A stretch of DNA of 64,000 nucleotides from a virus: positions 1 through 64,000 of the IMG/VR virus record IMGVR_UViG_3300027963_000066. The stretch is one strand, 5' to 3'. Positions 32,244-41,969 of this stretch are shown piece by piece. Made by a program: the position numbers and the translations under genes. Each line of letters starts with the position of its first letter. The first letter of the stretch is position 1. The notes under the pieces are model-generated. The model was not told the origin of the DNA and did not search any database. It saw nothing but the letters and a program-made list of their open reading frames with translations.

Positions 32244-32680
32244 TATAGTTTCTCGTAAGTTTTTGCAAAGATATCTTTTTTAACTACACCGTAGTCGTTT
32301 TCACCGTGGCGGACAATAATGTCTACACCTTTGTTATATGCCAACTTGGCTCCGTTATATTGTAACGTAACTTCACCGTTATGATCTGCTGGCTTACAAA
32401 GTTTTATAATCTTCTTCGGGCTAGCAGTTCCGTCACCGTTGTCACTTTTAAGTTTATTAAATGTTTCTGGACCGATAGGATATTGTTCACCGTCTGGTCC
32501 AGTCATAATATAATCACCCTTTTTATAAGGTACAGGGTTTTCAAGTGTATCGATCACACCGTCGTCTGTGGCTACCTCAAAAGGTTCACGTTTATCGGGA
32601 ATTTTAAAGGCTTCAAATGATCCGTCTTTAAACCAAGCATCGGTGATACCTTCCACAATATTGATAAATTCACGCATCAT
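32243..32680 (-). CDS. PGDYG-like hypothetical protein
   Basis: TLE..GDYIMTGPDGEQYPI and DIFAKTY motifs. Confidence 0.55.
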   Translation of the reverse strand: MMREFINIVEGITDAWFKDGSFEAFKIPDKREPFEVATDDGVIDTLENPVPYKKGDYIMTGPDGEQYPIGPETFNKLKSDNGDGTASPKKIIKLCKPADHNGEVTLQYNGAKLAYNKGVDIIVRHGENDYGVVKKDIFAKTYEKL

Positions 32681-33366
32681 TTACGATCTCCAAAAAGTTG
32701 TAACAGATTAATAAACAAGTTGATAAAGTCCATATACAGAGTTAGTGCTCCACTAACTTCGGCGGCTGGGCTGGTATCTACACTTAGTTCCTCACGAATC
32801 TTTTGTGTATCGTAGGCAGTGAGCCCTAGGAAGATGATGATGGCTAATGCAGAGATTACCATAGCTACTGGACCGCTCTGAAGAAAGATATTAACAATAC
32901 TGGCTATAAAAATAGCAATCAAACCAACAAACATAAACTTACCAAGACTATCTAGACTCTGTTTGGTAAAGTAGCCATACACACTCATTACACCAAACAA
33001 TATAGCCGCACCCATAAAGGCTGACACAATACTACCCATAGTAAACACAGCAAAAATCATAGCAAAGCTCAGTCCCATCAAGGCCGCAAAACCATGTAAG
33101 CATAACTGTGCTATACTCTTACTTGGATTGTTGGCCAACACCATACTAACACCAAAGATTGCGGCAAGTGGCGAAAGGATCACGAGCCATTTTACCCAAC
33201 CTGTAAAAAAGAATGCCAATAACTCTGGACTGGTGCCCACAAAGTAGCTGACCATCATTGATACAATAACAGCAAGACTCATATGTCCGTAGACACGACC
33301 CATTGCTGAATTAATTTCACTAGCAGACCGATATGATACTGCATTTTCATAAGTTGTTTCAAACAT
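32677..33366 (-). CDS. Bax inhibitor-1/YccA family membrane protein
   Basis: 7 TM; AYDTQKIR and ALTLYMDFINLF. Confidence 0.9.
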   Translation of the reverse strand: MFETTYENAVSYRSASEINSAMGRVYGHMSLAVIVSMMVSYFVGTSPELLAFFFTGWVKWLVILSPLAAIFGVSMVLANNPSKSIAQLCLHGFAALMGLSFAMIFAVFTMGSIVSAFMGAAILFGVMSVYGYFTKQSLDSLGKFMFVGLIAIFIASIVNIFLQSGPVAMVISALAIIIFLGLTAYDTQKIREELSVDTSPAAEVSGALTLYMDFINLFINLLQLFGDRK

Positions 33367-33377
33367 AATTTTCTCCT

Positions 33378-33578
33378 TTAGGCTAATTTATCTATATTTT
33401 GACCAGGACGATTCAGAAGCCTGTTCATTTCAATTCTTTTTTGCTCGTCTACTTCGTGACGATGTTTAATGCGTTTTTCTTCTTGAATGCGATCAGTATG
33501 TCGTTGTTCTGCATGTCTGATCTCAGACCGTCTATACAATTTTGCATTGTATGCTGTAACACTGTTAATTGATGACAT
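33378..33578 (-). CDS. Small basic protein (leaderless late candidate)
   Basis: TAAATA-N4-ATG. Confidence 0.5.
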   Translation of the reverse strand: MSSINSVTAYNAKLYRRSEIRHAEQRHTDRIQEEKRIKHRHEVDEQKRIEMNRLLNRPGQNIDKLA

Positions 33579-33581
33579 ATG

Positions 33582-33950
33582 CTATTTATTTAAAAACGGG
33601 GTCAAGTTTGGAGGCGTCCATCCTAGAGGTTTCAGGACTTTACCATCTTCACGCTTACGCACTTTTCCGGTATCTCGATCAATTTTGGCAAAATTAGTCT
33701 GCATAACTTCTTTCCATGCACCTTCGGCATCATACCCTGCACTATGGATAGCACCGACAGTTACAACAAGAATATCAATTAACGCATCTAATGTTTCTAA
33801 TTGATCGTGATTGTTAATAGCTTCTTTAAGCTCTTTATATTCTTCTTCAATTAATCCAAGGTACAGTTTAAATTGAGGTTGATTAAAACCTTCAACCGAC
33901 TGGTCACAGGCCCGCATAAATTTTTCTTGATCACGAAATGGGTTTGTCAT
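33582..33950 (-). CDS. MazG-like NTP pyrophosphohydrolase
   Basis: IEEEYKEL, DALID, KREDGKVLKP. Confidence 0.85.
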   Translation of the reverse strand: MTNPFRDQEKFMRACDQSVEGFNQPQFKLYLGLIEEEYKELKEAINNHDQLETLDALIDILVVTVGAIHSAGYDAEGAWKEVMQTNFAKIDRDTGKVRKREDGKVLKPLGWTPPNLTPFLNK

Positions 33951-34347
33951 ATACTTCCTCTTGTAAATATCTTTTTAATTCTTTGTCAGTGGGAGTCACT
34001 GAATAGTTGTGTTTGAAAAATATCTCGTAACTGTCGCTACCATATTTTCCGATCCCATATAACATTGTAGCATCATCTCCATCCCAAGTCAAAAAGTCTT
34101 GACTCATTTTTACTAGACGTTTATAACGAACGTTCATCATACCTAATGGTTCAATAATACTTTTAACGAACTCCTCGTTCGACTTGAGCAAGGCATACGG
34201 AGTAGGAAACCAATAAAGGAATTCTGGTAGGACCATCTTAACTGGCTTACGGCCAGTTTGATTAAGCATGATCACTCCGACCATATGTTGCCAAGGTCCG
34301 TCGATCTGTTGTTGTACCATTAGGTCGTCTCGTAATGGGTTGAACAT
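33931..34347 (-). CDS. HhH-GPD DNA glycosylase, MBD4-like
   Basis: PWQHMVGVIMLNQT, LYGIGKYGSDSYEIF, PTDKEL. Confidence 0.8.
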   Translation of the reverse strand: MFNPLRDDLMVQQQIDGPWQHMVGVIMLNQTGRKPVKMVLPEFLYWFPTPYALLKSNEEFVKSIIEPLGMMNVRYKRLVKMSQDFLTWDGDDATMLYGIGKYGSDSYEIFFKHNYSVTPTDKELKRYLQEEVYDKPIS

Positions 34348-34348
34348 A

Positions 34349-34531
34349 TTATTCTGCAATCTTCAATTGTTTTTCGTTATAGATATGCAATGCACCTGCA
34401 ATCTCAGGTACAGTACATTCTACTACTACTCTACGCTCTCCGGCTAGTGTATCAAATACTGACACAACAACTCCGGGCCATTTATAGCCGCTAACCTTTT
34501 CTACTCGATCACCTACTGCAAGTAATGCCAT
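34349..34531 (-). CDS. DfrB/R67 type II dihydrofolate reductase-like SH3 protein
   Basis: GDRVEKVSGYKWPG...VVE...GALHIY aligns with R67 GDRVRKKSGAAWQG...VE...GSVQIY. Confidence 0.6.
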   Translation of the reverse strand: MALLAVGDRVEKVSGYKWPGVVVSVFDTLAGERRVVVECTVPEIAGALHIYNEKQLKIAE

Positions 34532-34533
34532 TT

Positions 34534-34767
34534 TTATCTCCCTGTTGATGTACGTGTTACTTTTGGGCCGGTAGTAACAAAATCCATACCGGCCATTCTT
34601 CCCTCGTAAAGTCTACCATTCCATTTCATAGGCAACTTCACGCTTTTATTCAAGACCACTATTAATTTGTCTTTTTCTTTAAATTCAAGTATCTCCGCTG
34701 AGGCGTTCTTGCCACTATTTCCCACCTGTTGAACAATGCATGTATCTTCGTGTCTAGTAATTTCCAT
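34534..34767 (-). CDS. Hypothetical protein
   Basis: ORF with RBS. Confidence 0.6.
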   Translation of the reverse strand: MEITRHEDTCIVQQVGNSGKNASAEILEFKEKDKLIVVLNKSVKLPMKWNGRLYEGRMAGMDFVTTGPKVTRTSTGR

Positions 34768-35371
34768 GATCTTCCTTTATGATTGAATGAAAAATTTCCA
34801 CAAGTTCTTGATCTACTGCTGTGTACAAGATTTGATTAAATGATTTCCAATAATCAAAATTCTCTTGGCTAAGGTTGTAATCTTTTACAAACCTACCTTC
34901 AACAATATCTGCAAACTCTATATTAACACAGTTTTCAAAAGATTCAAAGTCTTCTACGACAATTTGGACATAATGTTCAGCAGGATGTTCTGGATAAAAT
35001 AATCCACGCGATTGCCACGCCCGTAAAAATCTATAGAACTTACTTTTTACTGTTTGGGTAGTAATAGAAATAACTTGATCAAAATCTGCAAGATATTTTT
35101 TTGGAATACAGCTAGGATGGCAGTGCGAGCCTACCCAAATATCATCTCGATCGAGAATGTTCTTGATCCATTTATTTTCTAATTTGGTTTTTTGAGCCAA
35201 CCATCGATCTTCGTCAAACTCTCTATAGACATGAGAATTATCGCCAATTTTAAAAACATTATGTTCTCTATTATCGACTATTTGATCTTTTATTACAATA
35301 TTAGCTTTGTTATTGAGTAAATCGCATACAAGACCGCCGGCAGTGTAGTTTGAAAAACAAACAAGATTCAT
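34754..35371 (-). CDS. Hypothetical protein (sulfotransferase-like fold possible)
   Basis: ORF. Confidence 0.55.
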   Translation of the reverse strand: MNLVCFSNYTAGGLVCDLLNNKANIVIKDQIVDNREHNVFKIGDNSHVYREFDEDRWLAQKTKLENKWIKNILDRDDIWVGSHCHPSCIPKKYLADFDQVISITTQTVKSKFYRFLRAWQSRGLFYPEHPAEHYVQIVVEDFESFENCVNIEFADIVEGRFVKDYNLSQENFDYWKSFNQILYTAVDQELVEIFHSIIKEDHGNY

Positions 35372-35378
35372 TGATCAC

Positions 35379-35687
35379 CTAACTTGGGTGTCCCCATCGA
35401 AGATAGTATTCACTTAGTTTTTTCATTTCCATTTCGGCAATGATCAAATATATGTGCCCGTATGTAAGATGATCTACATGTCGATGCCACTCCGGAGTAC
35501 CATTAATTGAATTTGACATGACAAACTTTCCTGCTTCAGTCTGTTGCCATTCGTGTATAGGTTGCGCTACAAACAGGTCCGGGTCCTCAACATCACTCAT
35601 TCGGATCTTGTGAAATACTACCTTGTGAATTTCTTCAACAATTTCTTTGCCGTTTTCCTCAACAACCTGATATCTTACTGATCCCAT
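35379..35687 (-). CDS. Hypothetical protein
   Basis: ORF. Confidence 0.6.
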   Translation of the reverse strand: MGSVRYQVVEENGKEIVEEIHKVVFHKIRMSDVEDPDLFVAQPIHEWQQTEAGKFVMSNSINGTPEWHRHVDHLTYGHIYLIIAEMEMKKLSEYYLRWGHPS

Positions 35688-35995
35688 GATAAATGAAATA
35701 GTGTAATAAATTTTTCAGCTTCTCGGCGAGATTTAAAATCCCACATGTCCCACGCCATGCGATTGCAGTTGGGCCAGTCCTTTAATTTTTCTTCTACCCA
35801 TTTAACACATTTGTCTAGAGAACCACTTGGCATAGGAGAACCCGCATCATCAACTGTTCCCCAATCTTCTACCAGTTGCAGTCGGTACCAATAGTTTGGT
35901 CCATTAGCTCTCCGATGCAATGTGGGTTTAATGGTTGAATTGGTCATCTTCGCCCACTCTTTAATCACCTTGTCTAATTCGTCAAATGCGCTCAC
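35675..35995 (-). CDS. Hypothetical protein
   Basis: ORF. Confidence 0.6.
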   Translation of the reverse strand: MSAFDELDKVIKEWAKMTNSTIKPTLHRRANGPNYWYRLQLVEDWGTVDDAGSPMPSGSLDKCVKWVEEKLKDWPNCNRMAWDMWDFKSRREAEKFITLFHLSWDQ

Positions 35996-36504
35996 ACTTT
36001 CTTTTTCCGTGGATAATTTCGACGTTTTGGTTTATTTTCTTTAAGGTTAAGTGGTTGGTGAGTAGATGTTTGTTTGGCCCTTTCTATGGCCGCATGTATT
36101 TGCTCGGGAGTTGGATCATTTTCATCTAGTGCATAATCATCAAACTCTTCTAGTGTAGTGTCCATGTCATCGTGCCCGTCACCCTCAAACCATTCATCGT
36201 CAACAGTTAGTCCCATCTGAGATAGTTTTTTATTAACAGGTTCAATATCTGCCTGTGCTACCTGTTCTCTAAATGCTCCAACTGGCCCTCGGCTATCTTG
36301 ACTCATACTTTGCCAAGTTCTAACTTCTAACAATGGATCAATTTCACAAGGTATTTCAACCAAATAGTATTTTTCGTTACTGTACCCCGCATGTGTTAAA
36401 TTAAAAATATGTAACACACGACCTTTGGTAAGTTTATTATTAGTTCGAGAAATACCGTAGACCCATGCTGGATCCCCTACGTTGTAAGATTTTTTAATAT
36501 TCAT
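35992..36504 (-). CDS. Hypothetical protein
   Basis: ORF. Confidence 0.6.
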   Translation of the reverse strand: MNIKKSYNVGDPAWVYGISRTNNKLTKGRVLHIFNLTHAGYSNEKYYLVEIPCEIDPLLEVRTWQSMSQDSRGPVGAFREQVAQADIEPVNKKLSQMGLTVDDEWFEGDGHDDMDTTLEEFDDYALDENDPTPEQIHAAIERAKQTSTHQPLNLKENKPKRRNYPRKKKV

Positions 36505-36511
36505 TTAACTC

Positions 36512-36679
36512 TCAAGCCGAAACTTGTTCTTTATTTTTTGTGTCTAGAAGATCTTTAACGAACTTAATGGCCTTACGATCTGTATCGTAGACATATTCTT
36601 GATCTTCATCAGCTTCGCTTCGTAGAGTAACAATAACACCGTTACGAACTTTGCGAATTTCTATACTTTCAAACAACAT
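36512..36679 (-). CDS. Hypothetical protein
   Basis: AAGGTG RBS before MLFESIEI. Confidence 0.55.
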   Translation of the reverse strand: MLFESIEIRKVRNGVIVTLRSEADEDQEYVYDTDRKAIKFVKDLLDTKNKEQVSA

Positions 36680-36692
36680 AGGATCACCTTTT

Positions 36693-37415
36693 TCATTTTG
36701 GCACAGATAAATTATAATTAAAATGGAAGATACCAATGTGCGCAGTCTCGCGACTTAGCTCTTGGTCACACCAAATTTGATATCCTGCCTTCTGTGCTTG
36801 CTGGCAGAAAAATATGTCCTCCCCAATTTCTAAGTTTAGATGTGGAACATATTCTTGTAGGTAATGCGGTTGCGGAATCTTTTCGTAGACTTCTCGTTTG
36901 CACATGACCAAACCGTGTGGTAATACATCAATCAGTTCCATAGCTGGACTGTTATCTGTGGTTTGGAACTCTTGGAAAGCACCGGCACTACCACTCATGC
37001 CAGTAAAGTTTGGATTAGGAAAGCGGCGACGACGATAATTAGCACCAACAATTTCCTTATTACGTGCCAACAATCGAAGAGGAGCATCAATTGGAAATTT
37101 CATGTCACTATCTACCCAGAAGATATGAGTAAAATCACTCTTTAGGAAAATATCAACTAGATTGCGACGAGCAATGGTAATAACTGAACCAATGTTAAAT
37201 GCACAATTAATTTTAATGCCATTGGCAACCATATTGGCCGCGGCCATTGCCAAGTGTTGTGCAAATTCTGCATTGACCATTTCCATGGCCGGAACCGCAA
37301 TCATTACTGACGGTGCAGTACCTCCGGGCCGAATTTGTTGTGCGGCTGGTGCTGGTTGCGGACGAGAGGCCATTGCCTGGCGGCTCGGAATGTTTAGTTT
37401 ACCCTTATTTTTCAT
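36693..37415 (-). CDS. Glycosyltransferase family 2-like
   Basis: ARRNLV, FWVDSD (DxD), GEDIFFC. Confidence 0.8.
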   Translation of the reverse strand: MKNKGKLNIPSRQAMASRPQPAPAAQQIRPGGTAPSVMIAVPAMEMVNAEFAQHLAMAAANMVANGIKINCAFNIGSVITIARRNLVDIFLKSDFTHIFWVDSDMKFPIDAPLRLLARNKEIVGANYRRRRFPNPNFTGMSGSAGAFQEFQTTDNSPAMELIDVLPHGLVMCKREVYEKIPQPHYLQEYVPHLNLEIGEDIFFCQQAQKAGYQIWCDQELSRETAHIGIFHFNYNLSVPK

Positions 37416-37477
37416 ATTATCCTTTAGTGTTTATTATAGTAGAGTATTGATAATTGAGCAATGATTAATTTGTCCAA

Positions 37478-38317
37478 TTACCTGGGTGCAAACTCTTGTT
37501 GGAGTTTGATGTTATCGAAGAATTCTTTTTTAGTGTTGCCATCTGTATTAAACGCACCTTTGAGTACTGTGGTCTGCGTTAAACTACTATGTGCCATGAT
37601 GCCGCGATTCTCACAGCATCCATGAACTGCCTGTACATATACAGCTACATTTTCGGAGTCTGTTGCTCGGGATATTTCCCTAGCGATATCATTACAAAGT
37701 TCCTCCTGGAGAGTACCACGTCGGGCACACCACTGGGCGATCCGTGTATACTTTGATAGGCCAATAAGTTTATTAGCGGCAATAATACCAATATAGGCAA
37801 CACCAGAAACGGGTTGGTGATGATGACTACATATAGAACGAAGCTCGCTACGCACGACCAACATACCTTCATAACGGTCTTTGCTATCATTCGGAAAAGC
37901 TGTTGCATCTGGTGCTGGATCATATCTACCTGCCATTATTTCATTAAAATACATCTTGGCAAGCCTACGGGCTGTGCCTTTACTGTTTGGATCGTTTTCA
38001 CGATCAATAAGCAATCGATCCAATACTAGTTCAAATGCTTCTGTTGCTTCGTTGATTAGACGTTCTTTATCTTCTTCGCTAACATAGTCGCTAATGTTAT
38101 CACCGGCCCAAAAGCGTTTACCTTCACGCTTCATCTTGAATCGAAGATAATCTCCTATGTATTTGCCTTCTTGGTAACCACCGTCACCTGCCATGGCATC
38201 TAATGCTGTTTCTTTTTTGATGTAAACTTCTTTGCCTAGCGGCTGAAATTCGTCTTGTTTAAATTCTGGTTTAACACCGGCTTCTATTACAGGGTGTGGT
38301 TTAAATTCTGGTTTCAA
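37478..38317 (-). CDS. folE: GTP cyclohydrolase I
   Basis: TARRLAK, CSHHH, GLSKYTR, QEEL, HGCCENRG. Confidence 0.93.
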   Translation of the reverse strand: MKPEFKPHPVIEAGVKPEFKQDEFQPLGKEVYIKKETALDAMAGDGGYQEGKYIGDYLRFKMKREGKRFWAGDNISDYVSEEDKERLINEATEAFELVLDRLLIDRENDPNSKGTARRLAKMYFNEIMAGRYDPAPDATAFPNDSKDRYEGMLVVRSELRSICSHHHQPVSGVAYIGIIAANKLIGLSKYTRIAQWCARRGTLQEELCNDIAREISRATDSENVAVYVQAVHGCCENRGIMAHSSLTQTTVLKGAFNTDGNTKKEFFDNIKLQQEFAPR

Positions 38318-38369
38318 TTATTATTCTCCGAGTTTGTGTCGAGGATGACATGATTTTTATAATACATTG

Positions 38370-39242
38370 TTATTTAGACTCTGTCAACCTGAGGAAGGTG
38401 TTTTTCCGGACAGCCGCATCTAATACCATAGGTGTTAAATTTAGTGACTCGGCAATTTTTAACAATGCACTAGTATCTTTAGGGAAACATGCACCGCCGA
38501 ATCCAAATGACCCGTCTGGTCCTGGAACTTGCATATGACTGCTTCCGATTCGTTTATCGCTTGTTACCATGTGGGCAATGTCATCATAATTTAAATTCAT
38601 TGCTTGGGCCATCTGATAAAGTTCATTCATAAAAATAACTTTAGTGGCCAAAAAACTATTAATAGCGTATTTGGCAAGACTGGCTTCTCCAATGGAACAA
38701 TGATGTACTGTTGTTAATTCTTTTTGGCTTAATCGAATTAATCGTTCAGCTTCATTTCTATATGCTTCAATTTTGCCTCCTATGATGGCAAATGTACCGT
38801 TAGCATAATCTCTAACAGCATTGGCCGCGGTTAAAAATTCAGGAGCATGAACTAGGTTAGGAAATTCTTCATTTAGTTGAGTATAAACATTTGGCGGTGC
38901 TGTGCATTTACTGATAATAACACCTTGATAATTCATAGACTTTAGCTTGGCCAATACATCTTCTAAAATACTAGTGTCACATACTCCATCTTCACCTTGC
39001 GGACTAGGTACACAGATAAAAATTCCAGCACAATCACTTAGCTCAGAGAACTGGTGAACTCCGCGAGCCGGATTGTTATCTACTAAAATTAATTTGGCTT
39101 CAAAATCGAAGGTGTGTTGAATGGCACTGCCTACAAACCCTAGTCCGACAATTCCAATCTTAGGAAGGGCTGATTTCATGGTTGTTTTGAAAAGTATTTT
39201 GGCACCACCGATAGTGCCTGGCATGGACATATTTAAGGTCAT
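38370..39242 (-). CDS. ugd: UDP-glucose 6-dehydrogenase-like
   Basis: GLGFVG, CVPSP, KCT, PEFL, KYAINSFLA, GFGGACFPKD. Confidence 0.88.
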   Translation of the reverse strand: MTLNMSMPGTIGGAKILFKTTMKSALPKIGIVGLGFVGSAIQHTFDFEAKLILVDNNPARGVHQFSELSDCAGIFICVPSPQGEDGVCDTSILEDVLAKLKSMNYQGVIISKCTAPPNVYTQLNEEFPNLVHAPEFLTAANAVRDYANGTFAIIGGKIEAYRNEAERLIRLSQKELTTVHHCSIGEASLAKYAINSFLATKVIFMNELYQMAQAMNLNYDDIAHMVTSDKRIGSSHMQVPGPDGSFGFGGACFPKDTSALLKIAESLNLTPMVLDAAVRKNTFLRLTESK

Positions 39243-39466
39243 TTAGTAAGACCCATAAAAATAAGTTCACGTTCCGTAATATTGGCCACAGGTTTAAGCC
39301 AACCGTGACGAATACATTCTAGAATGAGATCTTTGTAATTTTCCGGGCACCTTTGACTAATTTCCAATCCTGCTCGGTTAGCCTGAACTACTCCGTCGGT
39401 GATTACAAAATTAGGGTCGCCTGGTTTAAGTGTGCGAATTTGACTTTGATGTGCAGTGATATTCAT
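39239..39466 (-). CDS. Hypothetical protein (leaderless candidate)
   Basis: ATG 5 nt after a -10 box. Confidence 0.55.
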   Translation of the reverse strand: MNITAHQSQIRTLKPGDPNFVITDGVVQANRAGLEISQRCPENYKDLILECIRHGWLKPVANITERELIFMGLTK

Positions 39467-39471
39467 ACTTT

Positions 39472-39500
39472 AATATAGCATGAATATGATTTTTTGTCAA
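39472..39500 (-). promoter_or_regulatory. Sigma70 promoter
   Basis: TTGACA-N17-TATATT. Confidence 0.65.
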
Positions 39501-40231
39501 CGAATAAACCACTCTTTATTTCTATAAGGTTTGCCAAGTTCTGCATTAGGCAAATATCTAACCACCTTTTTCTTAACACGTTTAATGATTCGATGCTTGT
39601 GATCAAAATCAAATGCTTTTAGATACATGCGCCAACTGTTATGTCTACGGCGCAGTCCTCTTTGGTCTTCATTCAAATAGTTTACAACCTGTTGTCGATC
39701 ATTTTGGAATTTACCCATTAGTTCACATGCTATGTTAAAACTATATGCATCGATCTCATCTGAATTTCCCAAATAACTTTGCTCTTCTCTTTGTTCTTGT
39801 TTTTCGGCAGTACTGGCATAATCCGGCAAATATTTAAATTTCCTGCGCCTATATTGTCTCATGTGCATTATTTCATGCAACAGTGTATCTGCGATACCCG
39901 CACACATTCTTTTGAATCTACGGGTTGACATTTTTATTTTTTCTTCAAACGGGTTGTAAGACAGCACAATCTCTATGGCAGTTTTTTTGAGCTTGTCGTC
40001 ATCGCTATAGTAAGTTCCGCCAATGTACACCCACCCAAAATCAACTTTGGTGCTAGAAGTTTTGGTAACTTTGATAGGATATTGCGTTTTAAGATGGCTG
40101 GCCAAAATTCTGTGGAATTTGGCAATGGTCATTTCTTGATTGGTTATTTTTGGAGCAATCAAGGACACGAATTCAATGATGCTATTTTTATCTAGCATTG
40201 ACCAATCGAATTTATGTAGGCTCACGGGCAT
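39497..40231 (-). CDS. Hypothetical protein with HExxH zincin motif
   Basis: LLHEIMHMRQ...DEIDAY. Confidence 0.6.
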   Translation of the reverse strand: MPVSLHKFDWSMLDKNSIIEFVSLIAPKITNQEMTIAKFHRILASHLKTQYPIKVTKTSSTKVDFGWVYIGGTYYSDDDKLKKTAIEIVLSYNPFEEKIKMSTRRFKRMCAGIADTLLHEIMHMRQYRRRKFKYLPDYASTAEKQEQREEQSYLGNSDEIDAYSFNIACELMGKFQNDRQQVVNYLNEDQRGLRRRHNSWRMYLKAFDFDHKHRIIKRVKKKVVRYLPNAELGKPYRNKEWFIR

Positions 40232-40287
40232 AAACGATCCTTCTGTAGTAGTGTTATTTACACTATTTTACAGCAGAAACCGAATAT

Positions 40288-41742
40288 TTAAAATACCTTT
40301 ATTTTGTGTTTGGCTTGAAATCTTTGGGCATCTTGCCAAGTGTTTACCAACGGTTCGCCTTTTATGTTCAAACTGGTGTTCATTAGTATAGGACATCCGG
40401 TTTTTTCATGCCAAAGTTCTAAAATTGCCCGAAATTTAGGATTATCTGAGTAGTTAACAGTCTGTACACGACTAGTACCATCTACATGGCAGACACCCGG
40501 AAGATATACTTGATCACGACACTTGGCCACAAATTGCATGTATGGGCTGGAATCCACTGGCATTTCAAACCAGGTATTTGCATGTTCTTCTAAAACTGCC
40601 GGTGCAAATGGGCGGAATCTTTCTCTCTTTTTAATAGAGTTCATCCGGTCTTTGGCCTTAGCCCCTCTAGGGTCGCACAACAAACTTCTATTTCCCAAGG
40701 CCCTTGGACCAAACTCTGCACGACCGTTAGCAACTGCCACAACATTGCCTTCTATCAACTCTTTGACAATTCCGTCAACATCCAGCTCCTTATCTATGTC
40801 TGTTCCTAGATAAGGACCCTGCCAATTTAACTTTTCCTGGGTATAGGCCGCCACTGCACCGATGGCGCTTCCCGAATCACCGGGATTGGGCATGATCCAT
40901 ATTTGATCATATTCTTTTGCCAGCAGACTATTTGCAACACAATTGAGAGCAACTCCTCCCATAAAAACCAAATTACGACTGGGCAATGTTGACTTCATCC
41001 ATTGTGCAGTTTTAATTAGATATTCTTCCATGATGGCCTGTACACAGGCCGCAAGGTCAAACTTTGTGATACCGTCCGGAGTTGTCCACCACCGACAGCC
41101 GTTATGTAGATTAAATCTTAATTTAAAATCTGGACAAGAGAAGTCTTTAAAAAACTCTTCTTTAAGATGATTGATCAACGAGGGTACTCGCCGACCAATT
41201 GCGGCCATGCCCATGAGTATGTATTCTTCTTCGTTGGGCTTTAATCCCAGATACTGTGTAAATGCAGTATAAAATAGCCCCATGCTATCTGGATAGCTTT
41301 TACTCCAAATTTGATTAAGCCCCTGCTCGTCAGCATGCCATATAGTAACAGTATTCCATTCACCTATAGCATCGACCACTAAAACACTAGCGTCATTGAA
41401 TTTACTGGTGTAGAATCCCGCGGCCGCATGGCTCTCGTGATGTTTAACATAGGTAATGGGCAAATGTCCTAATTTTAAACTTTTTAATACGTCTCTGGGA
41501 TTTACTAACCACGGACGCTCTCCACTATAAATTTTTCTTAGACTTTTTTGTAGAGGTTTCTCAAACCATACTATTTCTTTTGGGCTACCGTAATCATACA
41601 TTTCTTCGACCATGGCATGGTCAAGATGGCTGGTATTTTTAACTCTTGAGTACCGTTCAGAATGTCCTGCCCACAGTATATCTGGCCCGTCAATGAGAGC
41701 CATACTGGCGTCATGGTTGAGCCCATTGATTCCTAAAATCAT
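40288..41742 (-). CDS. Carbamoyltransferase (NodU/CmcH family)
   Basis: HDAS, HHESHAA, GGVALNC, EFGPRALGNRS, FRPFAP, NTSLN. Confidence 0.92.
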   Translation of the reverse strand: MILGINGLNHDASMALIDGPDILWAGHSERYSRVKNTSHLDHAMVEEMYDYGSPKEIVWFEKPLQKSLRKIYSGERPWLVNPRDVLKSLKLGHLPITYVKHHESHAAAGFYTSKFNDASVLVVDAIGEWNTVTIWHADEQGLNQIWSKSYPDSMGLFYTAFTQYLGLKPNEEEYILMGMAAIGRRVPSLINHLKEEFFKDFSCPDFKLRFNLHNGCRWWTTPDGITKFDLAACVQAIMEEYLIKTAQWMKSTLPSRNLVFMGGVALNCVANSLLAKEYDQIWIMPNPGDSGSAIGAVAAYTQEKLNWQGPYLGTDIDKELDVDGIVKELIEGNVVAVANGRAEFGPRALGNRSLLCDPRGAKAKDRMNSIKKRERFRPFAPAVLEEHANTWFEMPVDSSPYMQFVAKCRDQVYLPGVCHVDGTSRVQTVNYSDNPKFRAILELWHEKTGCPILMNTSLNIKGEPLVNTWQDAQRFQAKHKIKVF

Positions 41743-41743
41743 T

Positions 41744-41851
41744 TTAATAAATGAACGGGTCGCGTTTGCGTAATTCTTCTATACGCTTTTTAAGTGCTCG
41801 ACGTTTGCGCAGATCACGTATCCAGTTGATTAGTTTTTTAAATGGGTTCAT
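41744..41851 (-). CDS. Small basic protein (not in ORF track)
   Basis: MNPFKKLINWIRDLRKRRALKKRIEELRKRDPFIY, directly upstream of the carbamoyltransferase. Confidence 0.55.
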   Translation of the reverse strand: MNPFKKLINWIRDLRKRRALKKRIEELRKRDPFIY

Positions 41852-41867
41852 TTTAATTTCTCAAATT

Positions 41868-41963
41868 TGGTATGGTCGGTAGGTTTCGAACCTACAAAGG
41901 CTATGTCTAAGACTGCGCCCCGTCCTGCCTAAGCAGAGGTCTGCCAATTCCACTCACGACCAC
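41868..41963 (-). ncRNA. tRNA-like RNA lacking a canonical anticodon loop
   Basis: Acceptor GUGGUCG/CGACCAU-A-CCA, Leu-like D loop GGAAUUGGCAGA, T arm GUAGG-UUCGAAA-CCUAC; anticodon arm closed by a UUAG tetraloop; long extra arm. Confidence 0.75.
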
Positions 41964-41969
41964 ATATAT

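Noticed and set aside
41868-41963. Amber suppressor tRNA or alternative genetic code
   Set aside because: There is no CUA anticodon in a 7-nt loop, and ORFs are intact under code 11 with TAG used as a normal stop.
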